NCBI RefSeq assembly: GCF_009914755.1
Contig: NC_060926.1
Direction: 5' to 3' (one strand)
DNA: 64,000 bases
Origin: the human T2T-CHM13v2.0 reference genome, Homo sapiens
How positions within the stretch are numbered: position 1 is the stretch's first letter; every line of letters starts with the position of its first letter. The position numbers and the translations under genes are program-made. The notes below the pieces were generated by a model. The model did not search any database, had not been told where the DNA came from, and saw only the letters and a program-made list of their open reading frames with translations. Positions 1-25,445 of this stretch are shown piece after piece.

Positions 1-170
1 GATGGAAGTAGCCTCTACATATCATTAAAGGTTAATAAATATAGCATGCGCCTTTATATACTGAAAATCTTCCTGGGTAGTTACAGCAGAAACTAACATC
101 TTTCACCAAACTAAATTATAAGGAAATCTTTTTATATATAAAGGACAAAGTAAGAGCAACTGCCACTTAC

Positions 171-350
171 AGGAAGGTGTGTGAATACAGCAAAGGTGCT
201 ACGAAGAAAGGCAATGAGGTCTACCAGGTAATCACTAGCTTTGTTGCCCAAATCTCCGGTCATCCAGTCATAGTCTGCCAGCTGTAGGAACTGGTCAATC
301 TTCTGGTTTAAGTTGGTATAAATCTCTTCTTCAGCTGCATGTCTAGCATC
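171..350 (-). CDS. EXOC6B: EXOC6B coding exon (probably exon 18), 180 nt, phase 0-0: DARHAAEEEIYTNLNQKIDQFLQLADYDWMTGDLGNKASDYLVDLIAFLRSTFAVFTHLP
   Basis: Acceptor attttttcacag|GAT and donor CCT|gtaagt. Confidence 0.96.
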
Positions 351-1003
351 CTGTGAAAAAATATAAAATTTGAAAAATCACTCAGATTTCAATATGGGCA
401 GAAATTTCTATGAGCTTAGAGCCATCTGACATATCCATTAAGTAACTGGGAATATAACTGGGAATACTGAGCCATACATATCACAGTCTTCTTTAATTTT
501 TTCTTTTTCAAAACCATTGTGTAGGTTTTTTCTAATTTTTTGTTTGCATCCTAAGAGATGCTAAAATGAAAGCAGAATGCCCAGATCATATAAGTTTGAC
601 ATACCTATATAAAAGATTATGATATACACTAGCATATTAAAGGCTCTAAGAAGTATGGTGAGATTAATATTCTTACAAAAATATTTTCAGGACAAATGAT
701 CATACATTACTCCACAACAACCAGTATTCCAATGCTAAAATTCCATCAACACAGACTTGTGCAGAGTAAGTTATGAAGTACCTGCCACCACATTCAATAT
801 TCACTTTCATTCTGATCTTCCTTAACTTCTGTTAAATACTCTCTATTTAAAACTCTGTCTTCCCGTGGAATTCATGAGATGGTTTTCTCCTGGATTTCCT
901 TTTACTTCTCTGGACACAAATCTTCTCACTTTCTTTGGGTGATTTAATGAAATCCAATAGCTTCCAGTATCTCTATCTTCAGTACAGATCTACTACAAAA
1001 TCA

Positions 1004-1412
<409 letters not shown>

Positions 1413-1756
1413 TCATCGTATTTACCACTCTTTACCTGTTCAACTCAGACCAAGGCAGAGATCTAAGCAAGATCTTAAATTCCATTCTTTCCTCCACAGT
1501 CAGAAAATGAGTTCTGTAAATTATATCTCCCAAATTTCTCTGTAATTTGTACTGCCCTCTACATTTTCACGTTTTAAAAGCCAGAATAATTTTGCAATAT
1601 ATTTACATACTATAACATAGTTGGTGACTATGTTTACTAATGTGAACAATGCTTTATAAAATTTGATTGATAAATAAAAATTATACAAAAATTATATATT
1701 TGTGACGTACAACTTGATTTTTGAAATATGTATACACTGAAATGGCTAAATTGAGC

Positions 1757-1821
1757 TAAGTTGGATGCAAAAGAAACTGCTTTTAATGGCAAAAACCACA
1801 ATTACTTTTGCACCAACCTAA
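1757..1821. mobile_element. MADE1 (Hsmar1-derived MITE), internally deleted, nested in L1
   Basis: Contains ttttaatggcaaaaaccacaattacttttgcaccaacctaa plus a degenerate left TIR taagttggatgcaaaag. Confidence 0.85.
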
Positions 1822-2779
1822 TAATTAACATATGCATTACCTCACATACTTATTTTATGAGGTAGGAATACTTAAAAGTACTCTGCTAGCATTTTTCAAG
1901 AATATAACACAGTTATTAACTATAATCATCATGTTATAGAATAGATCTCTTGAAATAATTCCTTCTATCTAACTGAAAATTTCTATCCTTTGACCAAAAA
2001 CTCCCCAGCCATATTCCCCAGCTCTGGTAACTATCATTCTATTTTCTGTTTCTATGAATTCAACATTTTTAGATGCTACACATGAGATCATGCATATTCT
2101 TCTTTCTGTGCCTGCCTTATTTCACTTAATATAATGTCTCCATGAGGTTTCCATGCTGTTGCAAATGGCAGGATTTCCTTCTTTTGTAAGACTGTATAGT
2201 ATTGCATTCTGTATACATACTACATTTTCTTTATGCATTCACCAGTTGACAGACACTTAGGTCAAATCAATATCTTGGCTATTGTGGAAAATGTTACAAT
2301 GAACATAAAAGTGCAGATATCTTGATGACATACTGATTTCATTTCCTCTGGAAATAAACCCAGTAGTGGGATTGCTGAAACATATGATAGTTCTATTTTT
2401 ATTTTTTGGGGGAACCTCCATACTGTTTTCCACAATGGCTATACTAATTTACATTCCCAAGACCATACAAGGGTTCCCTTTTCTCCACATCCTCTCCAAT
2501 ACTTACCATTTGTCTTTTTGATAATAGTCAACCTAACAGGTGGAAAGTCATATATCATTGTGGTTTTAGTTTGCATTTTTCTGATGACTAATGATGTTGA
2601 ATATTTTTTCATATACCTCTTGGTCACTTGTATGTCTTCTCTTGAGAAATGTCTATTCAAAAGCTTTGCCCATTTTCTCATCGGGTTGTTTTCTTGCTAT
2701 TGAATTATTTCAGTTCTTTATATATTCTAGAAATGCATGCCTTGTCAGCTGTATCGTTTGCAAATATATTCTGCCATTC

Positions 2780-3082
<303 letters not shown>

Positions 3083-3949
3083 TGTTCTGCCATTTTGTAG
3101 GTTATCCTTCAACTGTTGATTGTTTTCTTTGCTGTGCAAAAGCTTTCCTGTTTGATATAATCAATCTGATTTGTCTTTTTTTACATTTGTTGCCTGTGCT
3201 TTTGGGGTCATAGCTTAAAAAAAAAATCATTGCCCAGAACAATGTTATGGAGATTTTTCCCTATATTATTTTGTAGTAATTTTAGTTTCAGGTCTTATGT
3301 TTAAGTCTTTAATCCATTTTATGCTGATTTTTATATATGGTGTGAGATGAGGAACAAATTTCATTCTTGTAAATGTGGATATCCAGTTTTCTCAACACCA
3401 CTTATTTTTTCAGAGACTATCCTTTCCCCTTTTGTGTGTTCTTGGCATCTTTGTCAAAAATTAACTGACTGTACATGAGTAGGATTATGTCAGGGTTATT
3501 TTGTTCCACTGGTCTGTATGTTTTTACGCCAGAATCACGCTATCTTGATTATTATAACGTGTAGTAGATTTTGAAGTCAGGTAGACTGATGCTTCCAGCT
3601 TTGTTCTTTCTGCTCAAGATTGCTTTTGCTATTTGGAGTCTTAGTGGTCCCATATGAATCTTACTATTATTTACTTTATTCCTATGAAAAATGCATTAGA
3701 ATTTGAATAGGGATTCCATTGAATATGTAGATCACTTTGGGTAATATGGAAATTCTAACGATGTTAATTTTTCAATCCACAAACTAGGATATCTTTTTAT
3801 TTCTTCAATTTTTTATTCAATGTTTTGTAGTTTTTCAACAGGTTTTCTAAATATTTCAATGAGCACTTCTATACTTTCATCTTTACATTACTTGCATAAT
3901 AATCTTAAGGTGTCCTTGAATTTCTGTTTTGCTAAAAGTCTTTTTCATT

Positions 3950-4870
3950 AATAGGCTTTATTTTTTAGTGTTTTAGGTTTAAAGAAAACTTAAGCAGCAA
4001 GTACACTGCCTCTGTACATACCACTACCCTCCAGGCTACTACCCCTATTTAAAATTGGTGTGGTACAATTTTTACAATTAATGAAACAATATTGATATTT
4101 TATTATCAACTAAAGTCCCTGGTTTACATTAGGGTGTAATCATTGAGATATCAAGTTCTGTGGGTACTTAAAAATGCATAATGTCACTAATTCACCATTA
4201 CAGTATCATTTAGATAGTTTCACTGCCCTAAAAATTTACTGAATTCCACCTATTCATCCATCCAGGATTTTCTCTACTGATTTTCTATACTGGTTTTCAT
4301 TTTCATTGATTTCTGCTCTAATTTTCATTATTGGTATTATTATTATTGCTCACTTTAGATTTAAATTGTTCTTTGCCTAGTTTCCTACGGTGTAAGTATA
4401 GATTATTAAATTTAGATCCTTCTTCTTTCTAATATATGTTATTAATGGTACAAATTTCCCTCTGAGTAATGCTTTCACTGCATCTCACAAATTATAATAA
4501 GTTGTATTTTAATTCTTGTTTATTTTGAAATATTTCTCTTGAGACTTTTTTTGACCATGTTTTATTTTGAAATATGTTGTTTAATCTCCAAATAATTTGA
4601 CATTTTCTATCTTTGTTACTCATTTCTGGTTTAGTTTCACATGGTCTGAGAGGAATGTTAGTATAATTCCTATTTAAAGGATGTTCTATTGCCTAGAACA
4701 TGGTGCGTCTTGGTGAATATTTTGTATAAGTTGTTGTTGGATAAAACATTCTATAAATGTCCATTAGATTCACTTGATGGATGGTGTCAGTCATTTCAAC
4801 TATATATATACACTGATTTTTCTGCCTCCTGGATTTGTCAGTTACAGTAGAAGTGTTCCAGAAATTTTAA
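3950..4870 (-). mobile_element. Ancient L1M fragments (3' UTR and ORF2 pieces)
   Basis: Degenerate similarity to L1MC/MD 3' UTR and ORF2 endonuclease-region sequence. Confidence 0.6.
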
Positions 4871-5039
4871 TGACAATAGATCTTAACATATAAAATAAGA
4901 TTTTAGTATCTTTCAAAATACTCATATTTTTCCATCTTTGATCTTCTAAAGTAGTAAGTAACTTTGAAAAATTTTCTAATACTAATCATTCACGCATTCC
5001 TAACCTTACTTCAATCCCTCATTTATTTGTATGTACTTT

Positions 5040-11481
<6,442 letters not shown>

Positions 11482-11879
11482 TTTCATATCTTTTCCTTAT
11501 CACATCATATCTATTTCCCTATAGGTCCTCAAATTTATTAGCACAGAGTTACAGTCTTAGGAATTCAATTCCTCTCATTCTGAACTGTGAGTAATTGTGA
11601 TTGATGTTGTTATTTCTTCCTTCTTTCCTCTCTTTCCTTCCTTACTTTCATCTTTTCTTTTCCTTTTTTTAGTTCTTCCCTTCCTTTCAATGAAGCACAG
11701 TAGAATGTTTATTTTTTTAAATGCAACATCCCTCACTTGAAGTCTTTCAAAGACTTTAGAATAAAGTCCAAATTATCTACTAATATAAAACAAAGTGCTT
11801 CTCAGGTTGGTATTTATCTACTTCGGTATCTCACTGCCATCCTAATTCTATGCTGAATACTGGCTTTATTTTATCATTT

Positions 11880-13080
11880 AATCTTTGCACATGAAGTTAA
11901 AATATCCTTCACTCCCTCTATATCCATTCTCTGCCTATAAATATCCTGCTGGTTCCAAGATCCATTCCAACTTGTACTTGTCTGGGAAGTCTTCTTTGGC
12001 GGTCCTAAAGGTGGAACCTCATCCTCTTGGGAATTCTCCTCTGTTGAGCCTGTCAATGTTGAAGTCCCCTGGTGCTCAATCCTCACATCTTTCCTCTATG
12101 TATACTCAAATCCCAGAAGAAAGTCCATCCTGTGCCATCAAATATCATCTTTACACTGGTGAACTCTAAATTTTTATCTCTAGCTATGATTTTGTCCTGC
12201 CAATTTAATACCTCTATATAGCTATGAATTAAACATACCAAGCTTAATGTATCAAAAATGGAAGTCTTGATCGTATTTCTGCTTTCCAAATGCATTTTTC
12301 TCTAAGTGTTCCCCATCTCAGTAAACAGTATTCATCCAGTGTTCTGTTCAAAAGTTTTGGAACTATCTTTGACTCCTGTCTTTCTCTTAATACACACACC
12401 CAATCTAGTACTAAGACCTGCTATCTGTACCTTCAAAAATATTTCTTACCACTTCTACCTCTACCACTCTAGTCCAAGTGACCACTATCTCTTGCCTGGA
12501 GTATTGCAACTACCTCCCAATTAGACTTTCTTCTTCCCCTTTTATTAAATTACAATATATTTATTTCCACATAAAAACCAGTATCACATTAAATGATAAC
12601 TCAGATCATTACCCCCCACAACTCAATCTTCTAATGACATCACATCTCATTTCAGAATACAATGTACAGTATTTATGATGGCCTACAAGGCCAGAAATAA
12701 TTTAACTCCTGAATACTTCATCTCTTATCGTCCATACCATTAGTGATAGATACATCATTGCCAGACTGACCCCCTTACTATTTCTTGAACACATCCATAC
12801 CTACCACTGTGCTGTCCCCTTTGACAGGAATGCATATCCATCAGAAATCCAAATGATTTAATTTCTCACTTCTTTTTGGTCATTTATTTTTTTTTCCCTA
12901 GTTCTTATCACTACTTGCCATTACATTAGATTTTTTTGTTTGTTTATCATCCACTAATTCATTAAAATATAAGCTCTGTAAAGTGAGGAGACTCACTTTT
13001 TTGTTCATGCCTGAAACTTTTCCTAATTTGTAGTAGACACTGTATTAAAACTTGTTCAATAAATGAGAGATTGAATACAT
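11880..13080. mobile_element. L2 LINE fragments
   Basis: Degenerate L2 3'-region motifs (ttgcctggagtattgcaactacctcc; taagctctgtaaag...tagacact...aataaatga). Confidence 0.6.
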
Positions 13081-14905
13081 CTAATGTATTATTCCAGTAT
13101 AGTGGGTGTCTTCTCTGTAAATCATAAACTTTAAGTCCAGGGACAAAGTACTTTTTCTGTCTCTCCCCAAGAATCTACCAGATGATTACACAGTAGATAC
13201 ACAAGCAATATTTATTATGGAGTAAATTAATAAACACTTTCATTCTCTTTTGTAAGAGAGTGAGGAAAATCTTATGAATCAGGAAAGCTAAGGACGCCAG
13301 CTTGATTATGTCACACATGGCAGAAATAAGAGGGAACTCTGCAAGAAAATACCTTAAAGACCTTCAGACTCTTTCTACCCCTTTTCCAGCATAAAGGTTT
13401 CCATCTGCAAGGGAAAGTTTTCTGGAAACAGTAGCTTAGGAAAATACACAACATGTAGCTGTTATAATTGCCATGTTTATATTGAGTTCTGGGTTAGCTA
13501 GTCTGAAACAGCCCTGGTAAAAAATAAATTTTCAGTGTGTTTTAAGCAATCAGTGTTTCCAATAAGCACTGTCAACATGACCTTTAGTGGTCTCCAGAAC
13601 TTCTCCTTCACTAAGTATTTAACTGGCTGTTCAGCCCCTATGGCTTCCTGTCTGCCTTTAATTTTCCCTCAGCATTTTTTCATGCTAGAGCAACAACAAA
13701 ATACACAAGCCATCCTTTGAGAGAATTTCTGAACATAAGTTGAAAAGCTATTGACATAAAAAATTGAGACTGGTTGAGAGAAAGAGTATCAGTGGATACC
13801 ACATATTCTTCTTTTGATAGACAAATGAACCTCACGTTCTAATTCCCTAACTCCCTATTATCTACTTAACACTGAACTATTTCTTTTACATTTTCTTTCC
13901 TAGAGAAATTTTGGCTTTCACAGAAGAGCAAGTATGGAAATTTTTTTGATAAATCTAATGCCCAAGCTCCATAATAATGCTAGTATTTGAGAGTAATTAT
14001 AATTCCTATAAAACTGCCTGAGGTCATTCTGAAGCTCTGAAAGCTTTTGTCATATTTTCATACTCATTCTCAGGGCCTTTTTATTAAGTCATTCTTTTCC
14101 TCACTAAAAGAACATCTAAATTAGTATCATTAGACATTGTGAAAAATTAGTAAGTCATGATATGAACATAACATTATGTGTAATGAATTTTAACTAATCT
14201 TATTATCATTTTGAAACAAATAATTTACAGTAATTTAATGAATGTGTAACTTAACCTAGCAGCTGACCTAATCACATAGATACATAAAGAATACTTTCTG
14301 ATTCAACATTGTGTTTTTTTCAAACAATAGAAAAATAGTAAGTCACACCAAAAATTTTTATCTGTCATAAAGTATAATAGCAGTATGAATCAAATTTCAT
14401 TTCTTCTCTTGCGCCTACTGTCAAAAGAATGTACCAAAAATAGAGAAAGAGGTTAAGATGATGGGAAAAAGCAGACTACAGGGGACATAAATCATGGTTC
14501 CAACTCTACAACTGTACATTTAATTAATATCAATTTCTGGATCTCAAAAGGGTGACATGGAATATGTTTCAAAACTAAAACAATCAAATAACAATATAAA
14601 CAAAAAATCAAACCATATAAGTAGCCTATATGTTAGATCCATATTTTTAATGTTTGAGATGTTGTCCTATTACTTTTACTGCTTAATACCTATTTAAAGC
14701 TCACATAAATATGAAGGAGTTTATTAAAGCTGCTCTAAGCTATAGCATTTACTCTCCAGAAACTCATCTACCATCAATCCTTCTTTTGTTCTACATGACT
14801 GTCATTTCTTCCCATTTGATCCAGCTCTGGATCAAAACTAGTGCTGTGGACATATGAAATTATAAAATTGCTAACTGGAAAAGCAGGGACAGAAATTCCT
14901 CACTA

Positions 14906-15228
<323 letters not shown>

Positions 15229-15627
15229 TTGGTCACAGGATACAGAGAGCAGGGGACAGCTTAGTAGAAAATTTTAATTAATGTTAATGTCAGCCATAAC
15301 TATGATTATCTAGACCATACTTAAGAACTGTTGACTGTGATGGGGGTTCAACTTAGGAAATAGTGATTTACATGTACAAAACATAAGGAAGGGTTTAGAG
15401 ACACAGTTGTAGTTGTTTCATTTTGTTTCGTTTTGTTTAAACACCCAAAAACTCGCACTGGTATTTATTTTTTCAAAGAAAATAGAGAAGGGAAACCAAA
15501 CATATCATAAACACTCATTCTCAAGAGCATGTTATAAACCATCTTACAGAAACAAGGCCATGTTAGGTAGAACGTCCCAGACTGTGTACACCAGAAGCAG
15601 TTCCACAGTACTGTAGGGCCCTCTCAC

Positions 15628-15762
15628 CTTAAAAGTTGTGGTGCCATAGAGCTTGGTAGTGTGAACTGTCTCTGGAAGCACATTAGTGATGTTGGTGATA
15701 AATTCTTCCAAGTACTTACAGGATTTCTCCAAATGTGTTGTATTGATAATAATCTGGACAAG
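15628..15762 (-). CDS. EXOC6B: EXOC6B coding exon (probably exon 17), 135 nt, phase 0-0: LVQIIINTTHLEKSCKYLEEFITNITNVLPETVHTTKLYGTTTFK
   Basis: Acceptor gttgttttctag|CTT and donor AAG|gtgaga; overlaps ORF 15544..15732. Confidence 0.96.
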
Positions 15763-15937
15763 CTAGAAAACAACAAACACATGTAAAAGTCATTTAACTA
15801 CTCACCCCAGGATGAATGGCTCAATATGAATCTGCCGGTACAAAACAAATGTAAGGCATAATGGAAAAGGCCATCCACATTCGGGCAAGGGGTATGTTAA
15901 AGCATGGGCTTTCATGTTACCTCTTCTAGGAAGTTTT

Positions 15938-16312
15938 TGATATGGTCAGGCTTTGTGTCCCCACCCAAATCTCATCTTGAATTGTAATCTCCATAATCCC
16001 ATGTATCAAGGGAGAGACCAGGTGGAGGTAATTGAATCATGGGGGCAGTTTCCCCCATGCTATTCTCGTGATAGTGAGTGAGTTCTCACAGATTTGATGG
16101 TTTTATAAGGGGCTCTTCCCCCTTCACTCACACTTCTCCTTCTTGCTGCCCTGTGAAGAAGTTCTTTGCTTCCCCTTTGCCTTCCACCATGATTATAAGT
16201 TTCCTGAGGCCTCCCAAGCCATGCTGAACTGTGAGTAAATTAAACCTCTTTCCTTTATAAATTACCCAGCCTCGGGCAGTTCTTTATAGCAGTATGAAAA
16301 TGGACTAATACG
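15938..16312 (+). mobile_element. THE1-type (THE1C-like) MaLR solo LTR
   Basis: Starts tgatatggt...tgtgtccccacccaaatctcatcttgaattgt and ends aaatggactaatac; about 375 bp. Confidence 0.9.
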
Positions 16313-19155
16313 TCCTAGCATTCCAAAACATTTTGTATTCCCCCATATTATGGGAACACTTATCACTGTATTCTAAAGGTATGTTTTCTTCTGTTTAAAA
16401 AAGATTAGACTAAGAACAGAAATTGCTACGGTTTAGCATGATGCCTTCCAACTAAAACATTGCCAAATGAACTAAACAAATAAATGATCACCAAAAGAAC
16501 AGGAATCATTAAAATGGCAACAAGACGTTTCAAAATTAGGCATGATGAACAGAGATGTTAGGAGAGATTACAATATGTTAATAAACTACATCAGTTTGTG
16601 GAAGAAAGAACATGGGCATCAAAGTGAAAGTAACCAGGGAATTAATGACTTACTTTATTATTATTACTTACTGATCTTGTGAAATTTTCTTATCTTTTAT
16701 AACCCTATTTCTTTATCTGTAAAATGTCAATAATAATGTCTACTTCACAGAGTTATTGTGAGGATTAAATATTCTGTTGTCAACACTATTTCCCTTTTCT
16801 TACATAGAACAGATCATTAAAAAGACAGTACTGGTTAAAAAAAAAGTTGTCTTCTATAAATTACTAGAAGAGGAAGATAAAGAAGAATAACTATTATTGT
16901 CTGTATAGAATTAAGGATTCTAAAGACCTTCATGATTCATTTTCCTACACTGTTTTCCCAAAAACTTGGAAAAGTAGTTAAAGGGACATAATTATAACTT
17001 CCATTTTATTATAACAGAAATGAAAATGAAGTGATTTTCTTTAGATCACACAGCCTAAATGAAACTAATACTACGTCCTGTACCTTCCAATTATGGACTC
17101 ATCTAAATAACTCTGCCAGTGCCTTTTAGCATAAGCATAATATGGCAGCTCTGAAGTGCTGCATGATTGTGTACATTAGACTAAAATATAAGATTCTGGG
17201 CCTGCAATCAACTGGACCCCAATATGCTCTGATTCTACTGTCTGTAAAAAGAAGAGGAAAAAAAGTGGTATCTATTACTTATTTCTTAACTATTAAACCA
17301 TAAAAATGTTCATATTCCTTAGAGTCTAAAAGAAATACAAACAGGAAATAGAATGGACCTTTTTTTTGTCTTTCTTTTCTACATCTTTACTTTCCATTTT
17401 CACAAAAATATGTCTGATGGTGAGGTTGTGGCAGGTAGCGGGGAGTTTTGGTGTGTAAGGCAATGAATTAATCTAGGTCTTTTGGTCTAGTGAGACAGTG
17501 AGCCAAGAGGTTGGGGGGTGGGGGTGGCATATGACACAAAGCAGAAACTGGAACTAAAGATGAGGGTGGTACTACACATGTTTACAATCCATGATATTTC
17601 AAAACAACGTTAAAAAGTTTGAATTTAAATTCAGTAAGAATCATATCAAGCTGTAGGATATTAAACAAAAATACAAATAGGACTATAATCAGAAAATACA
17701 TTCTCACTTCTTCTACATCATCCAGCACAGGATGAAAGCACACACTTCATTCTCAAAAAATACATGTCAACTCATAAAGACAATGTTTTAGTACTGGTTT
17801 CAACTAAGAAAAAGTGTACCTTCTACTCCACTAAGGATCATCCTGACAATCTTAGGAAGATAACTACTTTGAAACACAATAACAAAGGGCAAAAACACAG
17901 CGATACAATTCGAATAAATTCTCTTAGATGAAAAGTTAGGGCAACACTGGGACTAGATCTCTATATTTTCCCCCATAACTCATCAGACAAGTTCATATAC
18001 ATCAGCTCTCCTTTCCATTCATTCCATAGTTTTAATTCAGAAATTTTGAGTTTTGAACACAAGACTACTACGTCCTATAAAATTACCAAAACAAACAACC
18101 TTTTAACTTTGGAGTGCTCTAGGAAAAAATATCCACCAAAATAAGCAATTCATCACCCTCTTGCTTTCATCATTTTCTCCTTCAGAGGAGGACTAAAATC
18201 ATTTAAAAATATTTAAGTTGTGTGAATTAAATCATTCATCTTCCTGAGTGGGAAGGTGGCTACTGGAAAGGTTGTCTTGATGTGGAAGTCAGAAAATTAA
18301 GAGAGTTAATCTGAGAACTGAAAAATTTCTATTTTAAAATCAGTATTACCTATGGAAACACATTCTGCCAATCAAAAGAAATCCTAATAATAAGGAGGAA
18401 TCATGTCATGTTATCGAAATAAAAAACAGTGGCAGTCAAAGAGAAAATTATCCTGTTTTACATGATATTGGCAGTTAAAGAAAAAAAAGGGAGGTGGCTT
18501 CACTGGGTACAGTAGTAATTTCCCATGACTTTTTAAAGATCTGTCAACACAAAAGATCACTGTGAATTACATCAATTGGCTGTCAGTCACTTTTTGAAAT
18601 GTTTCATTGCTGAGCATAGAATAGACTATTGAGACACTCTAGGATTACAGTAGATACCATGTCATTTTCAGAGAGAATATTGTCTGTTAACGAGGACTAA
18701 GTGATAACTACTCCTGAATGACAGCTACCAAAATCCTTACAAGGGCATTTACTAATGTAAAACCAGAGGCTTTGGGCATAATTTCAAATTGAAAGATAAA
18801 ATGAAGCAATTTCAGATAACTTCCCTCAGAGTTTGAGCTCCCTTGATGATATTTTTAACGACTACTTCCCAGTCTCTTACAATATATAACACTGCAGTAA
18901 TCCAAACTGTCCTAAACATTATTTCAAGGACATAAAACTAATAATAGATCAAATATTGATTATCTCTTACATAAAGTTCTATGAGAATTGTCAAAAAAGA
19001 ACATTATAAATCAAACGACTATCTCTCACAAGTAAATGACACAAGTCACTTAAGTGAAAAACCATTAAGAATTGGAAAATTTTTCTGTCTCTCCTTCCTT
19101 GTATCGGAGAAAATCTAACAAGAAAGGTACATAGCACACCTTGGAGGTAATTTCT

Positions 19156-20123
<968 letters not shown>

Positions 20124-21098
20124 TGGAGGTCATTTCTCCTCCAAGCCTGCTCAAAACACCCCAGTGGAACCTGAACCATGATGACATTCTATTCTTGACA
20201 AACCCCAGAAAATATCTTCATCATCTTCCATAGTTCAAAACTAGCCCTAAATTCCAAGAAGATGTTTCCATTCCCAACTATAAATTAATTCTGGAGTATA
20301 CACATCTGCATATATTAAAACTGCTTTTAGCATGTTTCCCAAAACAGACAATTCAGTACAATAAACCTTCAACAGGACTAATCCAAAGGAAGAAAATGAG
20401 AAGTCACACTCTTCTTCATGCCACCAATGCCTCTCAACTGTTAAATTTGCAAAACAAAAAATGAAATAGTAGCATTGGTTCTCATTCACAAAAATGAGCT
20501 ATCACATAGACTTCAAGGGATTTGATCTCCATTTCACCCCAGTCAGGGTACAAAAAACTGTGTCAACCACTCATTTTATACCATCTCCATGATTAAAATA
20601 CCTAAAATACTAAAATACATGAAACTCCTGGTTACGAATTCCAAGATAAAGTACAAAGTTTATATTTGACTAGACTTAAGTACAAAACATTTTAACAACG
20701 TGAGCAATATCACTTCTGTTAACAAGAGAGAGGGGAGATAAATGGAATGTGGAAAATGAGAGGAGAGAATCATATGGTCAACAATCTAAATTATACTAAA
20801 AGCAAAGAATAAATGCAAAGCACTAGTCATTTCTTCAGGTCTCTACTACCATATTAGGTATGTCTAGTGCACTACATCACAGTAGTGCCCTGTGATCATA
20901 AAAATACAAATACCCAATATGGTTTCACCAGAAGGAACTCTGAACTTCTTTCTACATATTATAAATAATTAAACATAAATACTACTGTAAATTATAAAGT
21001 ATCAGATGAAAATATAACCAATTCTTTAGAACTAGTATTGATATGAACTGATATATTGCAGCTTCCAGCTAAATATGATTTAAGAAAATACACAATCA

Positions 21099-21416
<318 letters not shown>

Positions 21417-21539
21417 TTAGCTAGTTTCACTTTAATTCATGTACACTAGTCAAGAGTGGGCACTTGATGCTACCAAATAATCACATTATCTGGCACAAAT
21501 CAATTTTTTTTACACACTCCTAGAGGACTTCAACACACC

Positions 21540-24380
<2,841 letters not shown>

Positions 24381-24499
24381 AAAGGTAATAAACAAATTAT
24401 CTTAATAGAACCTCTTGTTCTAATTTTTTTTACTTCTCTTAATTAAAAAACTCCATTTCTATACTAGTATTAATCAGTGCTTGACTGCTTAGACCTCTT

Positions 24500-24720
24500 A
24501 ATAATAACAGGTAATATGCATTGAGTATTTGCTATATACCAGGCACAGTAAGTACTTTACATGCTTCACAACATTCCTGTGAAATACATGCTACCATTAT
24601 CCCCATTTTACATAGAAAGCAAAGTAATTTGCCCAAGGGCACAGCTATTACGAGGAGGGCCAGAATTGGAACCCAGGCAGTATATATTAGAACATACAGT
24701 CTTAACCAATACTCAATTAC
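24500..24720 (-). mobile_element. MIR
   Basis: Core attatccccattttacatag...gtaatttgcccaagggcacagct. Confidence 0.75.
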
Positions 24721-24925
24721 ACTTTTCATAGACCTTATGAAGCAGCCCTAGGAAAATAGCCATTCTCGCTAAAAAAATAATGAATAGTCACATAAAGTTT
24801 GAAAAAGAAAGGCATTCATGTTCTAGTGGTGCTAAAACTGAAAGGTAATTTTGAATTGGCTCAACATGGAGAAACAAAGAAGCCATGAGGAAAAAAGATA
24901 GAGCATATGCATAGAAAAAGAAGAG

Positions 24926-24998
24926 ACTGTGTAACCCCAAAACAGAGTAAACACTGTGTAACCCCAAAACAGAGCAAACACTGTGTAACCCCAAAACA
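24926..24998. repeat. 27-bp tandem repeat, 2.7 copies (actgtgtaaccccaaaacagagYaaac)
   Basis: Units start at 24926, 24953 and 24980, with one mismatch. Confidence 0.97.
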
Positions 24999-25199
24999 AG
25001 AAGGGCAGGCAGAGAGACATTTGTCTATAGGAACTTCCAATTCCTAAGAGAATTATCTGACATGCTGAAATAGGAATCTGTAAATTTTGTGGGCTTATCA
25101 TAATTCTATTATCTCTGACTAAAACAATATCCATGTTACTATGGACCTCCTGTAAAAATCTCAATTTTTGTTAGGATGAAATAATTAAATCAATATGGA

Positions 25200-25445
25200 A
25201 GGCAGTACAATACAGTAGAAGTGGATAGGTTTGGGGAAAAAAACCTAGATTTATGTCTCATTTCTACCATGTTTGCTAGCTGTATGACCTCAAGCAATCT
25301 CCCTGGACTTTAATTAGGCTGTCTATAAAATGGGAATAATAACACATGCCCAGCCTGCTTCAAATGTTACTGTACTAACTGAAATCAAATTTGTGAGTGA
25401 GCTTTGAAGAATATAAACTGCTCCACAAATGTTACCTATTATGAT
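25200..25445 (+). mobile_element. MIR
   Basis: Core tagctgtatgacctcaagcaa...gtctataaaatgggaataataa. Confidence 0.7.

Noticed and set aside
443-466. 12-bp tandem duplication taactgggaata near the exon 18 acceptor, and similar small duplications at 19923 and 55873
   Set aside because: Ordinary slippage duplications outside core splice signals.
24926-24998. Repeated 19-bp motif with short intervening sequence, superficially CRISPR-like
   Set aside because: The 'spacers' are 8 bp and nearly identical, so it is a plain tandem repeat in a primate intron with no cas genes.
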